A stretch of 64,000 nucleotides of DNA from Dehalococcoidia bacterium. Lineage in GTDB: Bacteria > Chloroflexota > Dehalococcoidia > Bin125. The notes beneath the pieces are model-generated. The model made no database searches. It saw only the letters and a program-made list of their open reading frames with translations, and was not told where the DNA came from. Made by a program: the position numbers and the translations under genes. Positions 1 to 8,182 of the stretch are shown here, in pieces (position 1 is the stretch's first letter; each line of letters starts with the position of its first letter). Where the stretch lies: contig OY820591.1 of the NCBI GenBank assembly GCA_963555985.3, positions 384,001 through 448,000 on the forward strand, in the 5' to 3' direction.

Positions 1-551
1 AAGCCGTCGCGCTTGAGCAGGACGTGGTCGTCGAGCAGGTCATTGCGGAAGGTGACGGGGCCGCGCAGGTGATCGTGGACGATGGTCTCGCCGTCTCGGG
101 GCATGGCGAGCCGGACGACGTGCGGTTGGCCGGCGGGCTGGTCGGCGTCGCGGCAGCGGCGGTCGTAGCCGGGCGGCTGTTTGGCTTGCTGCTGGGACTT
201 GCGCAGTTGCGCCAGGCGCTCGGCGCTGCAAACGCAGCGGTAGGCGCGTCCCGACTCGAGCAAGCGGTCAGCCGCTGCGCGGTAGAGAGGCAGGCGCTCG
301 GACTGGCGGTAGGGGCCGTATGCGCCGCCGAGATCGGGGCCTTCGTCCCAGTCGAGTCCGAGCCAGCGGAGGGCGTCGAGGATCAGTTCTTCAGCACCCT
401 CGACGGCGCGGGACTGGTCGGTGTCTTCGATGCGGACGATGAAGTGTCCGCCGAAGCGTCGCGCGAGGAACCAGTCGAAGAGGGCGGTGCGGATGTTGCC
501 GACGTGGGGTTCGCCGGTGGGGGAGGGTCCGTAGCGGACTCGCACTTGCAT
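1..551 (-). CDS. gltX: Glutamate--tRNA ligase (5' part, runs off window)
   Basis: Manual translation from ATG 551: MQVRVRYGPSPTGEPHVGNIRTALFDW...RIEDTD...GPYRQSER; HIGH-like HVGN motif; absent from the ORF track. Confidence 0.95.
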   Translation of the reverse strand, partial: MQVRVRYGPSPTGEPHVGNIRTALFDWFLARRFGGHFIVRIEDTDQSRAVEGAEELILDALRWLGLDWDEGPDLGGAYGPYRQSERLPLYRAAADRLLESGRAYRCVCSAERLAQLRKSQQQAKQPPGYDRRCRDADQPAGQPHVVRLAMPRDGETIVHDHLRGPVTFRNDLLDDHVLLKRDG

Positions 552-815
552 TTACAGCCCCCGTCCGTGATTGGCGCGATCAGCGTAGGCCTGAGGCTTT
601 GCCGGGGTTGGATTGGGCGGGTGCGGGTGAATTTTGGGGCGCGCGCCGCGAATTTGCGGCTTTGCGGGGAGAATTGGACGACAGGTAGTCCAAATTTGGA
701 CAAATTTGTCCAAATTTGTCCAAATCTGTCCAGATGGCGACGGTGTTCTGCGCGGTAATGGGGGTGTGAGTCCAGGTTTGTCCAGGTGTGGGAGTGGGGT
801 GCGCGAGGTGGTCAT
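552..815 (-). CDS. Possible small Pro-rich ORF directly abutting gltX start
   Basis: ATG 815 to TAA 552, immediately followed by the gltX ATG; reads through the 10-bp repeat; no family recognised. Confidence 0.25.
   Translation of the reverse strand: MTTSRTPLPHLDKPGLTPPLPRRTPSPSGQIWTNLDKFVQIWTTCRPILPAKPQIRGARPKIHPHPPNPTPAKPQAYADRANHGRGL
688..733. repeat. 10-bp tandem repeat with overlapping palindromes
   Basis: CAAATTTGGA-CAAATTTGTC-CAAATTTGTC-CAAATCTGTC; GTCCAAATTTGGAC (688-701) and GGACAAATTTGTCC (698-711) are perfect palindromes. Confidence 0.85.
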
Positions 816-856
816 GAGGGTTCCGGAGGTTGCGGGCGCGGAGTTGCGCGTGGGCA

Positions 857-885
857 ATCGTATACGTATGTACGTTCTGTGTCGA
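857..885 (-). promoter_or_regulatory. Putative sigma70 promoter reading toward gltX
   Basis: Minus strand TCGACA-N17-TACGAT. Confidence 0.4.
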
Positions 886-935
886 GGGTTTGGATCGGGT
901 GAGTGAGGCTTGGGTGACATGTTGGACTGGAGCTT

Positions 936-1961
936 TTAGCGGATGCGTTGGGTGCGTCGGCGTTTGCGGTTGCGGCGGTTGTTTCGCCGGTGTGTTGGAT
1001 CTCGGGGCGAGGTTTGTTCGGGGCCGGTGAGGAGTTCGCCCTCTCGCAATGTGCTGAGGAGGCGGCGGATGTCGGTTGGCGGCTCGGCTTGGAGCGCGAT
1101 TCGCTCTCCGCTTCGGGGATGGTCGAAGGCCAATGAGCGGGCGTGCAGAGCTTGCCGTGCGATGAGCGGGGAATCGAAGCCGTAGATGGCGTCGCCCGCG
1201 ATTGGATGGCCGATTGCGGCGAGATGGACTCTGAGCTGGTGCGTTCGACCGGTGATCAGGTCGCATTCCAAGACGGAGGCGTCGGCGAAACGCTCTGCGA
1301 TTCGGTAGCCGGTTTGGGCGGAGCGTCCGCGTTCGACCACCGCCATTTTGCGAGGATCAGCGGGATCGCGACCGAGTGGGGCGTCGATCAGGCCAGCTTC
1401 GGGATCGGGGATGCCGGCCACGACTGCGAGATAGCGCTTCTCGACCGAGCGTTCGCGCAGTTGATCGCGCAGCGATTCGAGCGCCTCTGTGGTCTTCGCC
1501 ACCATGAGGAGGCCAGTGGTGTCGCGGTCGAGCCGGTGCGCCAAGCCCGGCCGGAGCGCGTCCGCTTCGCCTTCGGCCAGGGCAGCGATCTCCGGCCAAC
1601 GCGCGAGCAAGGCTCCGATCAGGGTGGCTTCGCGTTCTCCCGGCGCAGGGTGCACAGTGAGGCCGGCTGGCTTGTCGATCACGGCGAGTTGCGAGTCTTC
1701 GTAGACGACTTGCAGCTCGAGCTCGACTGCGGACTCCAGCGGCGCGGCGCGACGCTCGTGCACCGCCACGATCTCACCGAAGCGGAGGCGGTAGCCGGCG
1801 CGTTCGAGGCCGCCGTCCACGCGGGCGAGGCCGTCGTCGATCATGCGCCGCACCTGGCTGCGGCTGGCGTCGTCGAGGCGGCGGGTGAGGAACACGTCCA
1901 GGCGCTCGCCGTCGCGGTCGGCCATCAGCTCCAGGGCGGGCGGATCGGGGCTGTCGGGCAT
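936..1961 (-). CDS. RluA/RluD-family pseudouridine synthase
   Basis: S4-like N-terminus, DKPAGLTVHP, HRLDRDTTG, TGRTHQLRVH. Confidence 0.93.
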   Translation of the reverse strand: MPDSPDPPALELMADRDGERLDVFLTRRLDDASRSQVRRMIDDGLARVDGGLERAGYRLRFGEIVAVHERRAAPLESAVELELQVVYEDSQLAVIDKPAGLTVHPAPGEREATLIGALLARWPEIAALAEGEADALRPGLAHRLDRDTTGLLMVAKTTEALESLRDQLRERSVEKRYLAVVAGIPDPEAGLIDAPLGRDPADPRKMAVVERGRSAQTGYRIAERFADASVLECDLITGRTHQLRVHLAAIGHPIAGDAIYGFDSPLIARQALHARSLAFDHPRSGERIALQAEPPTDIRRLLSTLREGELLTGPEQTSPRDPTHRRNNRRNRKRRRTQRIR

Positions 1962-1965
1962 GGTG

Positions 1966-2529
1966 TCAACGCAGTTTTGGACGCGGGCGCAGGTTGTCGG
2001 CGAAGAGGATGGCGATCACGATTGCGGCGACGCCCACGTTGATTGCGGCGTCGGCGACATTGAAGGCGGGGAAGTGGATGAAGTCGATGAAGTCGGTGAC
2101 GTGTCCCTGATAGATGCGATCGAGCAGGTTGCCGATCGCGCCGCCCAGGATCAGGGCGAGTCCACTGCGCACCAGCCAATGATCGAGCGGGGGGAAGAGG
2201 TAGTAGATCGCGACGACGCCGATCGCGACTGCGGCGGATACGGCCAGGATTGTATTGGCGCCGCCGAAGAGCCCGAACGCGCCGCCGTCGTTGGCGACAT
2301 GGGAGAAGGCGAAGAACTGGGCCAGCCACTCGCGTTCGCCCAGTGCGAGGGTTTCGCGCAGGATCACTTTGGTGAGTTGGTCGAGCGCGATCACGGCGAC
2401 GGCCAGAGCTGCGAAGCGGAGATGCTGCCGCTTCGGTTTCGCCTGCTTGGGCGCAGGGGGGGCGGGTCCCCGCGTTCGCGGGGAACGGGGGAGCGGCGGC
2501 TCGGTCGCGGTCGTCGGGTCTTGGTTCAT
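1966..2529 (-). CDS. lspA: Signal peptidase II
   Basis: DQLTK, NDGGAFG, GAIGNLLDR, VTDFI, FNVAD. Confidence 0.95.
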   Translation of the reverse strand: MNQDPTTATEPPLPRSPRTRGPAPPAPKQAKPKRQHLRFAALAVAVIALDQLTKVILRETLALGEREWLAQFFAFSHVANDGGAFGLFGGANTILAVSAAVAIGVVAIYYLFPPLDHWLVRSGLALILGGAIGNLLDRIYQGHVTDFIDFIHFPAFNVADAAINVGVAAIVIAILFADNLRPRPKLR

Positions 2530-2578
2530 AGTTCGAGATTACACGCGCCGGTACCCGAGTTTCGGCTAGGCTGAGACT

Positions 2579-3277
2579 ATGGCGAGCCTGATTCAGAGGA
2601 TCTGGGGGAGTGATCGCGTGTCTGAAGAGCTCACTGCGCCGGCGGCTGATCCGGCGAACCCGAGTGGTCTGGTTGGCCCTCGCTTCAGCGAACTCCAGCG
2701 GCGGCGTAAGGAGACCGGGCACGACCGGCTGCCGCCGGGTCAGCGTCTGATCCAGCAATGGCCGGTGCTCACCTATGGCGGCACGCCCGTGATCAAGCCC
2801 GAGGACTGGAATCTCCAGGTCTGGGGCGCGGTGGCTAACGAGCGGGTCTTTGATTACCGGCAGTTCACCGAGATCGGGCTGAGCGAGAAGCTCAACGACA
2901 TTCACTGCGTCACGCATTGGTCGCGCTATGACAACACCTGGCAGGGGGTGCTGTTCTCGGATCTGTTTGCCCAGCTTGAGATCGACGCCAACGCCGACAC
3001 GGTGATGTTCCATTGCTACGGCGGCTACACCTCGAACGTGCTGATGTCGGACATTCTCGCCGACGATCACGCGATGTTGGCGGTCGCGCATGACGGCAAG
3101 CCGCTGGAGCCGATGCACGGCGGCCCGGTGCGGGTGGTGATTCCTTCGCTCTATTTCTGGAAAAGCGCGAAGTGGGTGGGGGGAATGGAGTTTCTGACCC
3201 GTAATCAGCCCGGCTTCTGGGAGATGTACGGCTATCACATGCACGGCGATCCGTGGCGCGAGGAGCGCTACGGGTAG
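2579..3277 (+). CDS. Sulfite-oxidase-like molybdopterin oxidoreductase (YuiH-like)
   Basis: LPPGQ, DIHCVTHWS, HGGPVR, YFWKSAKW, GFWE..GYH..GDPWREER. Confidence 0.9.
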   Translation: MASLIQRIWGSDRVSEELTAPAADPANPSGLVGPRFSELQRRRKETGHDRLPPGQRLIQQWPVLTYGGTPVIKPEDWNLQVWGAVANERVFDYRQFTEIGLSEKLNDIHCVTHWSRYDNTWQGVLFSDLFAQLEIDANADTVMFHCYGGYTSNVLMSDILADDHAMLAVAHDGKPLEPMHGGPVRVVIPSLYFWKSAKWVGGMEFLTRNQPGFWEMYGYHMHGDPWREERYG

Positions 3278-3294
3278 CGGGCCTGAGACGACGA

Positions 3295-3933
3295 ATGACG
3301 ACGCAGACCGAAGCCGCCGCCGCGCCGCCTGCGGGTGATGCAGTTGAGCGCGCCTTTGATGATCCGCAGCCGATCCGTCTGCCTCCCGATTGGGTGCTGA
3401 CCGACGAGCGTTTTCTCGAGATTGCGCAGCTCAACCCGGACCAACTGCTTGAGCGCACGGCCGACGGGAGGTTGCAGCCGATGGCTTGGCCTGAGTTTGC
3501 GAGCGAGCAGGTAACTGAGGCGATCTGCGCGCTGGTGCGCCTCTGGACGCGGGTTGCGGGCGGCGCCCAGCGCGGCCCGGTGGGCGGCTATATCTTCAGC
3601 GATGGCCCGGCGATGGCGCCGGATGTGTCCTGGGTTTCGCCGGAACAGCTCGATCGGGGGCGGATCGAGAGGGGGCAGTTTTATTTCGCGCCAGCGTTCG
3701 TGGTGGAAGTGCGCTCGCCGTCGCAGAGCATCCCGGAGCAACAAGAGCGGATGGAGGAGTGGATCGGCCGCGGCGTGCGCCTGGGCTGGCTCGTCGATCC
3801 GTATGAGCGCCGGGTCTGGGTCTACCGCGCTAGCGGGGAGGTGGAAGCGTTGGACAATCCCGCCGAGCTCTCCGGTGAAGACGTGTGCGTGGGCTTGACG
3901 ATTGAGCTGTCGACGGTGTGGGGCGACACATAA
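3295..3933 (+). CDS. Uma2 family endonuclease
   Basis: LERTADG, APDVSWVS, EVRSPS, GVRLGWLVDP; start set at ATG 3295. Confidence 0.88.
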   Translation: MTTQTEAAAAPPAGDAVERAFDDPQPIRLPPDWVLTDERFLEIAQLNPDQLLERTADGRLQPMAWPEFASEQVTEAICALVRLWTRVAGGAQRGPVGGYIFSDGPAMAPDVSWVSPEQLDRGRIERGQFYFAPAFVVEVRSPSQSIPEQQERMEEWIGRGVRLGWLVDPYERRVWVYRASGEVEALDNPAELSGEDVCVGLTIELSTVWGDT

Positions 3934-3976
3934 GCGGTTGTTCATTGCCCTATCGTGATCGCGGAGAGATGTCACT

Positions 3977-4609
3977 ATGGTCGCTCAGCGCCAGCCTGCG
4001 ATTGAATCGACTGAACTGACGGCGGTTCCCTACGACGATCCGCAGCCGATCCGTCTGCCTCCCGATTGGGCGCTGACCGACGAGCGTTTTCTCGAAATTG
4101 CACAGCTCAACCCGGATCAGCTGCTTGAGCGCACCGCTGACGGGAGGTTGCAGCTGATGGCTTGGCCAGAACGCCTGAGTGAGCGTACGACGACCCTGAT
4201 CAGCGCTTTCATCGCGTTGTGGCATCTGAGCGTCGGCGGTGAAGCCCGCGGTGAGGGCGGCGGCTACATCTTCAGCGACGGTCCGGCGATGGCTCCCGAT
4301 GCATCTTGGGTCTCGCCCGAGCAGCTGGAGCAGGGGCGGATTGAGAAGGGGCAGTTCTATTTCGCGCCGGCGTTCGTGGTGGAAGTGCGCTCGCCGTCGC
4401 AGAGCATTCCGGAGCAACAAACGCGGATGGAGGAGTGGATCGGCCGCGGCGTTCGCCTTGGTTGGCTGATCGATCCGTATGAGCGTCGAGTCTGGGTCTA
4501 CCGCGCTAGCGGGGAAGTGGAAGCGTTGGACAATCCCGCCGAGCTCTCCGGTGAAGATGTGTGCGTGGGCTTGATGATTGATATGTCTCGTGTCTGGGGC
4601 GACACGTAA
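3977..4609 (+). CDS. Uma2 family endonuclease (tandem paralog)
   Basis: Same motifs; long near-identical blocks shared with the previous gene. Confidence 0.88.
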   Translation: MVAQRQPAIESTELTAVPYDDPQPIRLPPDWALTDERFLEIAQLNPDQLLERTADGRLQLMAWPERLSERTTTLISAFIALWHLSVGGEARGEGGGYIFSDGPAMAPDASWVSPEQLEQGRIEKGQFYFAPAFVVEVRSPSQSIPEQQTRMEEWIGRGVRLGWLIDPYERRVWVYRASGEVEALDNPAELSGEDVCVGLMIDMSRVWGDT

Positions 4610-4672
4610 GCGGACAGCTCCGATCAGCGCGATGCGCAGCATTCGGGTTCTACTGTGATAGCCTGGGCGACG

Positions 4673-4750
4673 ATGAATCGCTTGCCACGAACACTGCTCG
4701 CAACGCCGATCATGGGCCGCATGGCGATGCCCGGGGCCCTGCCCCAGTAG
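4673..4750 (+). CDS. Candidate leader peptide MNRLPRTLLATPIMGRMAMPGALPQ
   Basis: 25 codons, enriched in Thr/Ile/Met, ends 71 nt before thrC. Confidence 0.45.
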   Translation: MNRLPRTLLATPIMGRMAMPGALPQ

Positions 4751-4816
4751 GCGCGCCGCGCGCCTGAGGGGTACGGGCCGGACTGACTTCCCCGACCTCT
4801 CAGCGAAAGCCCCTCG
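4733..4816 (+). promoter_or_regulatory. Alternative RNA hairpins in thrC leader (attenuator-like)
   Basis: AGGCGCG/CGCGCCT; CTGAGGGGT/ACCTCTCAG; GAGGGG/CCCCTC; GGCCCTGCCCC/GGGGTACGGGCC; several are mutually exclusive. Confidence 0.4.
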
Positions 4817-4821
4817 TCATC

Positions 4822-6057
4822 ATGTCCTACGCCACTTGTCTCGCCTGCCGCGAATGCGGCCGCGAGTTTCCGCTTGATCCGATCAACGTCTGCGACTTCT
4901 GTTTCGGGCCGCTCGAAGTCCAGTACGACCACGATGCGATCCAGTCGCGCATCTCGCGTGAACGGATCGAGAGCGGCCCGCGCTCGATCTGGCGCTACAA
5001 AGACCTGCTGCCGGTCGATGACGAGTTCATCGTCGATCTCAACGTCGGCTGGACACCGCTGCTACGGGCCGATCGGCTCGCCGAGCGGCTCGGCCTGCGC
5101 GAGCTTTGGATCAAGAACGACACCTGCAATCCTTCCTGGTCGTTCAAGGATCGGGTGGTGGCGGTCGCCTCGAGCCGAGCCAAGCAGCTTGGTTTTCAGA
5201 CGCTCGCCTGCGCTTCGACCGGCAATCTCGCCAATGCGGTCTCGGCGCACGCAGCTCGGGCGGGCATGAACGCGATCGTCTTCATCCCGCACGACCTCGA
5301 AGCGGGCAAGGTGCTCGGCTCCGCGATCTACAACCCCACGATCGTCGCCGTGAACGGCTCCTATGACGATGTGAATCGGCTCTGCTCCGAGCTAGCCGAT
5401 AATCGTCATTGGGCGTTTGTCAACATCAATGTTCGTCCGTACTACGCGGAGGGATCGCGGACGCTGGCCTATGAGGTTGCGGAACAGCTCGGCTGGCGTG
5501 CGCCGCGTCAGGTGGTCGCGCCGATGGCGTCGGGGTCGCTCTTCACCAAGATTCACAAGGGCTTTCAGGAGTTCCAGCGCTACGGGCTGATTGCGGAGAC
5601 GCCCGTGCGCATGATCGGCGCACAGGCGGACGGCTGCTCGCCGATTACAACGGCCTGGCAGAACAACACCACCAACATCCGCCCGGTCAAGCCGAAGACG
5701 ATCGCCAAGAGCCTCGCGATCGGCAATCCCGCCGACGGCTACTACGCGCTCAAGACGATGAAGCGCACCGAAGGCGGCGCTACCGCGGTCTCCGATGCGG
5801 AAGTGGTCGAGGGTATCCGCCTGCTCGCCGAGTGTGAGGGCGTCTTCGGCGAGACGGCCGGCGGGGTCACGATCGCCGGCCTGCGACAAGCCGTTGAGCA
5901 GGGTCAGATCGATCCGGACGAGTCCACGGTGGCCTTCATCACCGGCGGCGGTCTCAAGACTGCCGACGCGGTGGTCGACCACGTGACCCAACCGATTCCG
6001 GTCGAAGGTACGCTCAAGTCGTTTGAAGACGCATTCGCTGCCGCCGGCGCAGCCTGA
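4822..6057 (+). CDS. thrC: Threonine synthase-family PLP enzyme
   Basis: N-terminal CxxC...CxxC, NPSWSFKDR, ASTGN, KSLAIGNPADG, ITGGGLKT. Confidence 0.88.
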   Translation: MSYATCLACRECGREFPLDPINVCDFCFGPLEVQYDHDAIQSRISRERIESGPRSIWRYKDLLPVDDEFIVDLNVGWTPLLRADRLAERLGLRELWIKNDTCNPSWSFKDRVVAVASSRAKQLGFQTLACASTGNLANAVSAHAARAGMNAIVFIPHDLEAGKVLGSAIYNPTIVAVNGSYDDVNRLCSELADNRHWAFVNINVRPYYAEGSRTLAYEVAEQLGWRAPRQVVAPMASGSLFTKIHKGFQEFQRYGLIAETPVRMIGAQADGCSPITTAWQNNTTNIRPVKPKTIAKSLAIGNPADGYYALKTMKRTEGGATAVSDAEVVEGIRLLAECEGVFGETAGGVTIAGLRQAVEQGQIDPDESTVAFITGGGLKTADAVVDHVTQPIPVEGTLKSFEDAFAAAGAA

Positions 6058-6096
6058 CTTGTCTGCCGCGCTGCGGCTTGAAACCGGGAGAGCGCC

Positions 6097-6339
6097 ATGG
6101 CCAGCCGCCGCGTCCGTTTCACGTTTGAGGGCGACGCCGTCAAGGAACCCGTGATCTATCTCGTCGGGCACGAGTTCGATGTCGTCACCAATATCCGCAT
6201 GGCCGATGTGGAGCATGACTTCGGCTGGGTGATCCTCGAACTGGACGGCGAGCACGACGAGATTGATCGTGCACTGGCCTGGGTAGAGGCCAAGGGTGTG
6301 CGCGTCGATCCGGTGGCGGGCGACGTGGTGGAGGGATAG
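6097..6339 (+). CDS. NIL-domain protein
   Basis: EPVIY...FDVVTNIRMADV...GWVILELDG pattern; 80 aa. Confidence 0.8.
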   Translation: MASRRVRFTFEGDAVKEPVIYLVGHEFDVVTNIRMADVEHDFGWVILELDGEHDEIDRALAWVEAKGVRVDPVAGDVVEG

Positions 6340-6401
6340 GTGGCGTCGGGCCGGGATCGGCTAGGGTGAGGCTGTCTTCGGTACCCGAGGGGCTAGCAGC
6401 G

Positions 6402-6962
6402 ATGACAACCGAAACGACTCCGCAACTGCTGACCGCCGATGATCTGCTGGAGCTGTACAGCCAGGGCGTGCGTGGCGAGCTGATCCGAGGAGTACTCTGC
6501 GAAACCATGTCCACCGGGGTGAATCACGGCCAGATTGTGGTTGAATTCGCATCGGAAATTCGAGCGTTTGTCAAACCGAGACGCTTGGGCCGGGTGGTTG
6601 GATCCGATACCGGCATCCGCATCGAGCGCGACCCCGACACCGTGCGCGAGCCGGACATCGCCTACTTTTCCGCCGAACGGATGCCGCTCGATCAGCAGGT
6701 AAGCGGCTACGCCGAGGTCGCTCCCGAGTTGGTCGTCGAAGTGAAATCGCCGAACGACAGCCGCCAGACGGTGTACGACAAGGCTGAGATGTGGCTGCGC
6801 TACGGCGTGCGCCTGGCCTGGGCGGTCTATCCGGAGCGACGGACGGTAGAAGCGCATCACGTGGATCGGGGTGTCGTTGTCTACCAGGCTGATGACGAAC
6901 TGGACGGGATGGATGTGTTGCCGGGGTTTACATGCGCAGTCGGGCCGCTGTTCGAGGTCTAG
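6402..6962 (+). CDS. Uma2 family endonuclease
   Basis: ELIRG, VREPDIAY, PELVVEVKSP, GVRLAW. Confidence 0.9.
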   Translation: MTTETTPQLLTADDLLELYSQGVRGELIRGVLCETMSTGVNHGQIVVEFASEIRAFVKPRRLGRVVGSDTGIRIERDPDTVREPDIAYFSAERMPLDQQVSGYAEVAPELVVEVKSPNDSRQTVYDKAEMWLRYGVRLAWAVYPERRTVEAHHVDRGVVVYQADDELDGMDVLPGFTCAVGPLFEV

Positions 6963-6968
6963 TCAGCC

Positions 6969-8126
6969 ATGCCTCAGCCCTTTGCCATTGACGTTCCCGA
7001 CAGCGAGATCCGCGACCTCAAGCGCCGCCTGGCCAACACGCGCTGGCCCTCCGAAGTGACCGACTCCGGCTGGCGGTACGGCTCGAAACTTGGCTACATA
7101 CGCGAACTCTGCGACTACTGGCGCACAGAGTTCGACTGGTCGGCGCAGCAGGCACGGCTCAACTCGATGCCGCAATTCACGACCCAGGTTTCGGCCGATG
7201 GGGTCGAGGACTACACCGTCCACTACGTTCACCAGCAAGGCGTCGGGCCAAACCCGCTGCCGCTGATCTTCACGCATGGCTGGCCTGGATCGTTCTACGA
7301 GGTGAGCAAGATTCTGGGGCCGTTGACCGATCCGGGCGCTCACGGCGGTGATCCGGCGGACGCCTTCACGGTCGTTGCGCCGTCCTTGCCGGGCTACGGT
7401 TTCTCGGGGATTCCGGCGACGGGCGGGTTTGGGCACATGCGCGCGGCTCGCATCTGGGTCGCGCTGATGGCGAGTTTGGGCTACGAGCGTTACGGAGCGC
7501 AGGGCGGCGACATCGGCGCGCGGGTCTCGGCGCTGACCGCATACGAAGATCCGGAGCATTGCATCGGCGCGCAGATCAATATGCCAAACAGCCTGCCTCC
7601 GGCGGATCGTCCACGCGAATTCTTGAGCGCTGAAGAGCAGGCCATCATCGCCAGAATGACGGAATGGCAACGCAACGAAGCCGGTTATCAGTGGATCCAG
7701 GGCACGCGGCCCCAGACTCTGTCCTACGGTCTGACCGATTCGCCAGCGGGACTGGCAGCCTGGATTGCTGAGAAGTGGCGCTCCTGGTCCGACTGCGACG
7801 GCGAGATCGAGACTCGATTTAGCAAGGACGAACTGCTGACCAACATCTCGATCTACTGGTTCAGCAAGACGATCAACTCTTCGACTCGCTACTACTACGA
7901 GCGACGCCAGCACGACGCGGCGAATGCATTGCCTGGCTACCTGGAAACGCCGGCGGGCTTCTCGGTCTTCCCCAAGGAAATCTTCGGCCCGCCGCGCAAC
8001 TGGGTGGAGGCGGAGTACAACGTGACGCAATGGTCGGTACACGATCGCGGCGGTCACTTCGCGGCGATGGAGGAGCCGGAGTTGCTGGTCGGTGATATCC
8101 GCGAGTTCTTCCGTCCGTTGCGCTGA
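6969..8126 (+). CDS. Epoxide hydrolase (EHN/microsomal type) 1
   Basis: HGWPGS, GGDIG, DSPAGLAAWI, FPKE, GGHFAAME. Confidence 0.93.
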   Translation: MPQPFAIDVPDSEIRDLKRRLANTRWPSEVTDSGWRYGSKLGYIRELCDYWRTEFDWSAQQARLNSMPQFTTQVSADGVEDYTVHYVHQQGVGPNPLPLIFTHGWPGSFYEVSKILGPLTDPGAHGGDPADAFTVVAPSLPGYGFSGIPATGGFGHMRAARIWVALMASLGYERYGAQGGDIGARVSALTAYEDPEHCIGAQINMPNSLPPADRPREFLSAEEQAIIARMTEWQRNEAGYQWIQGTRPQTLSYGLTDSPAGLAAWIAEKWRSWSDCDGEIETRFSKDELLTNISIYWFSKTINSSTRYYYERRQHDAANALPGYLETPAGFSVFPKEIFGPPRNWVEAEYNVTQWSVHDRGGHFAAMEEPELLVGDIREFFRPLR

Positions 8127-8182
8127 GGGATCGTGCGATACTGACGCCGGAACACGATCCGCAGCGGAAGAGGACCTCCGAT

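Noticed and set aside
688-733. Array as CRISPR or DnaA boxes
   Set aside because: No spacers or cas genes; unit does not match TTATCCACA
24-758. 244-aa plus-strand ORF
   Set aside because: Antisense shadow of gltX, which carries the real motifs
3295-4609. Uma2 pair as DGR template/variable repeat
   Set aside because: No reverse transcriptase in the window; differences not evidently adenine-specific
4610-4821. SAM, TPP or ZTP riboswitch upstream of thrC
   Set aside because: Core consensus segments not found by eye; only a lone GCCTGGGC; needs an Infernal scan
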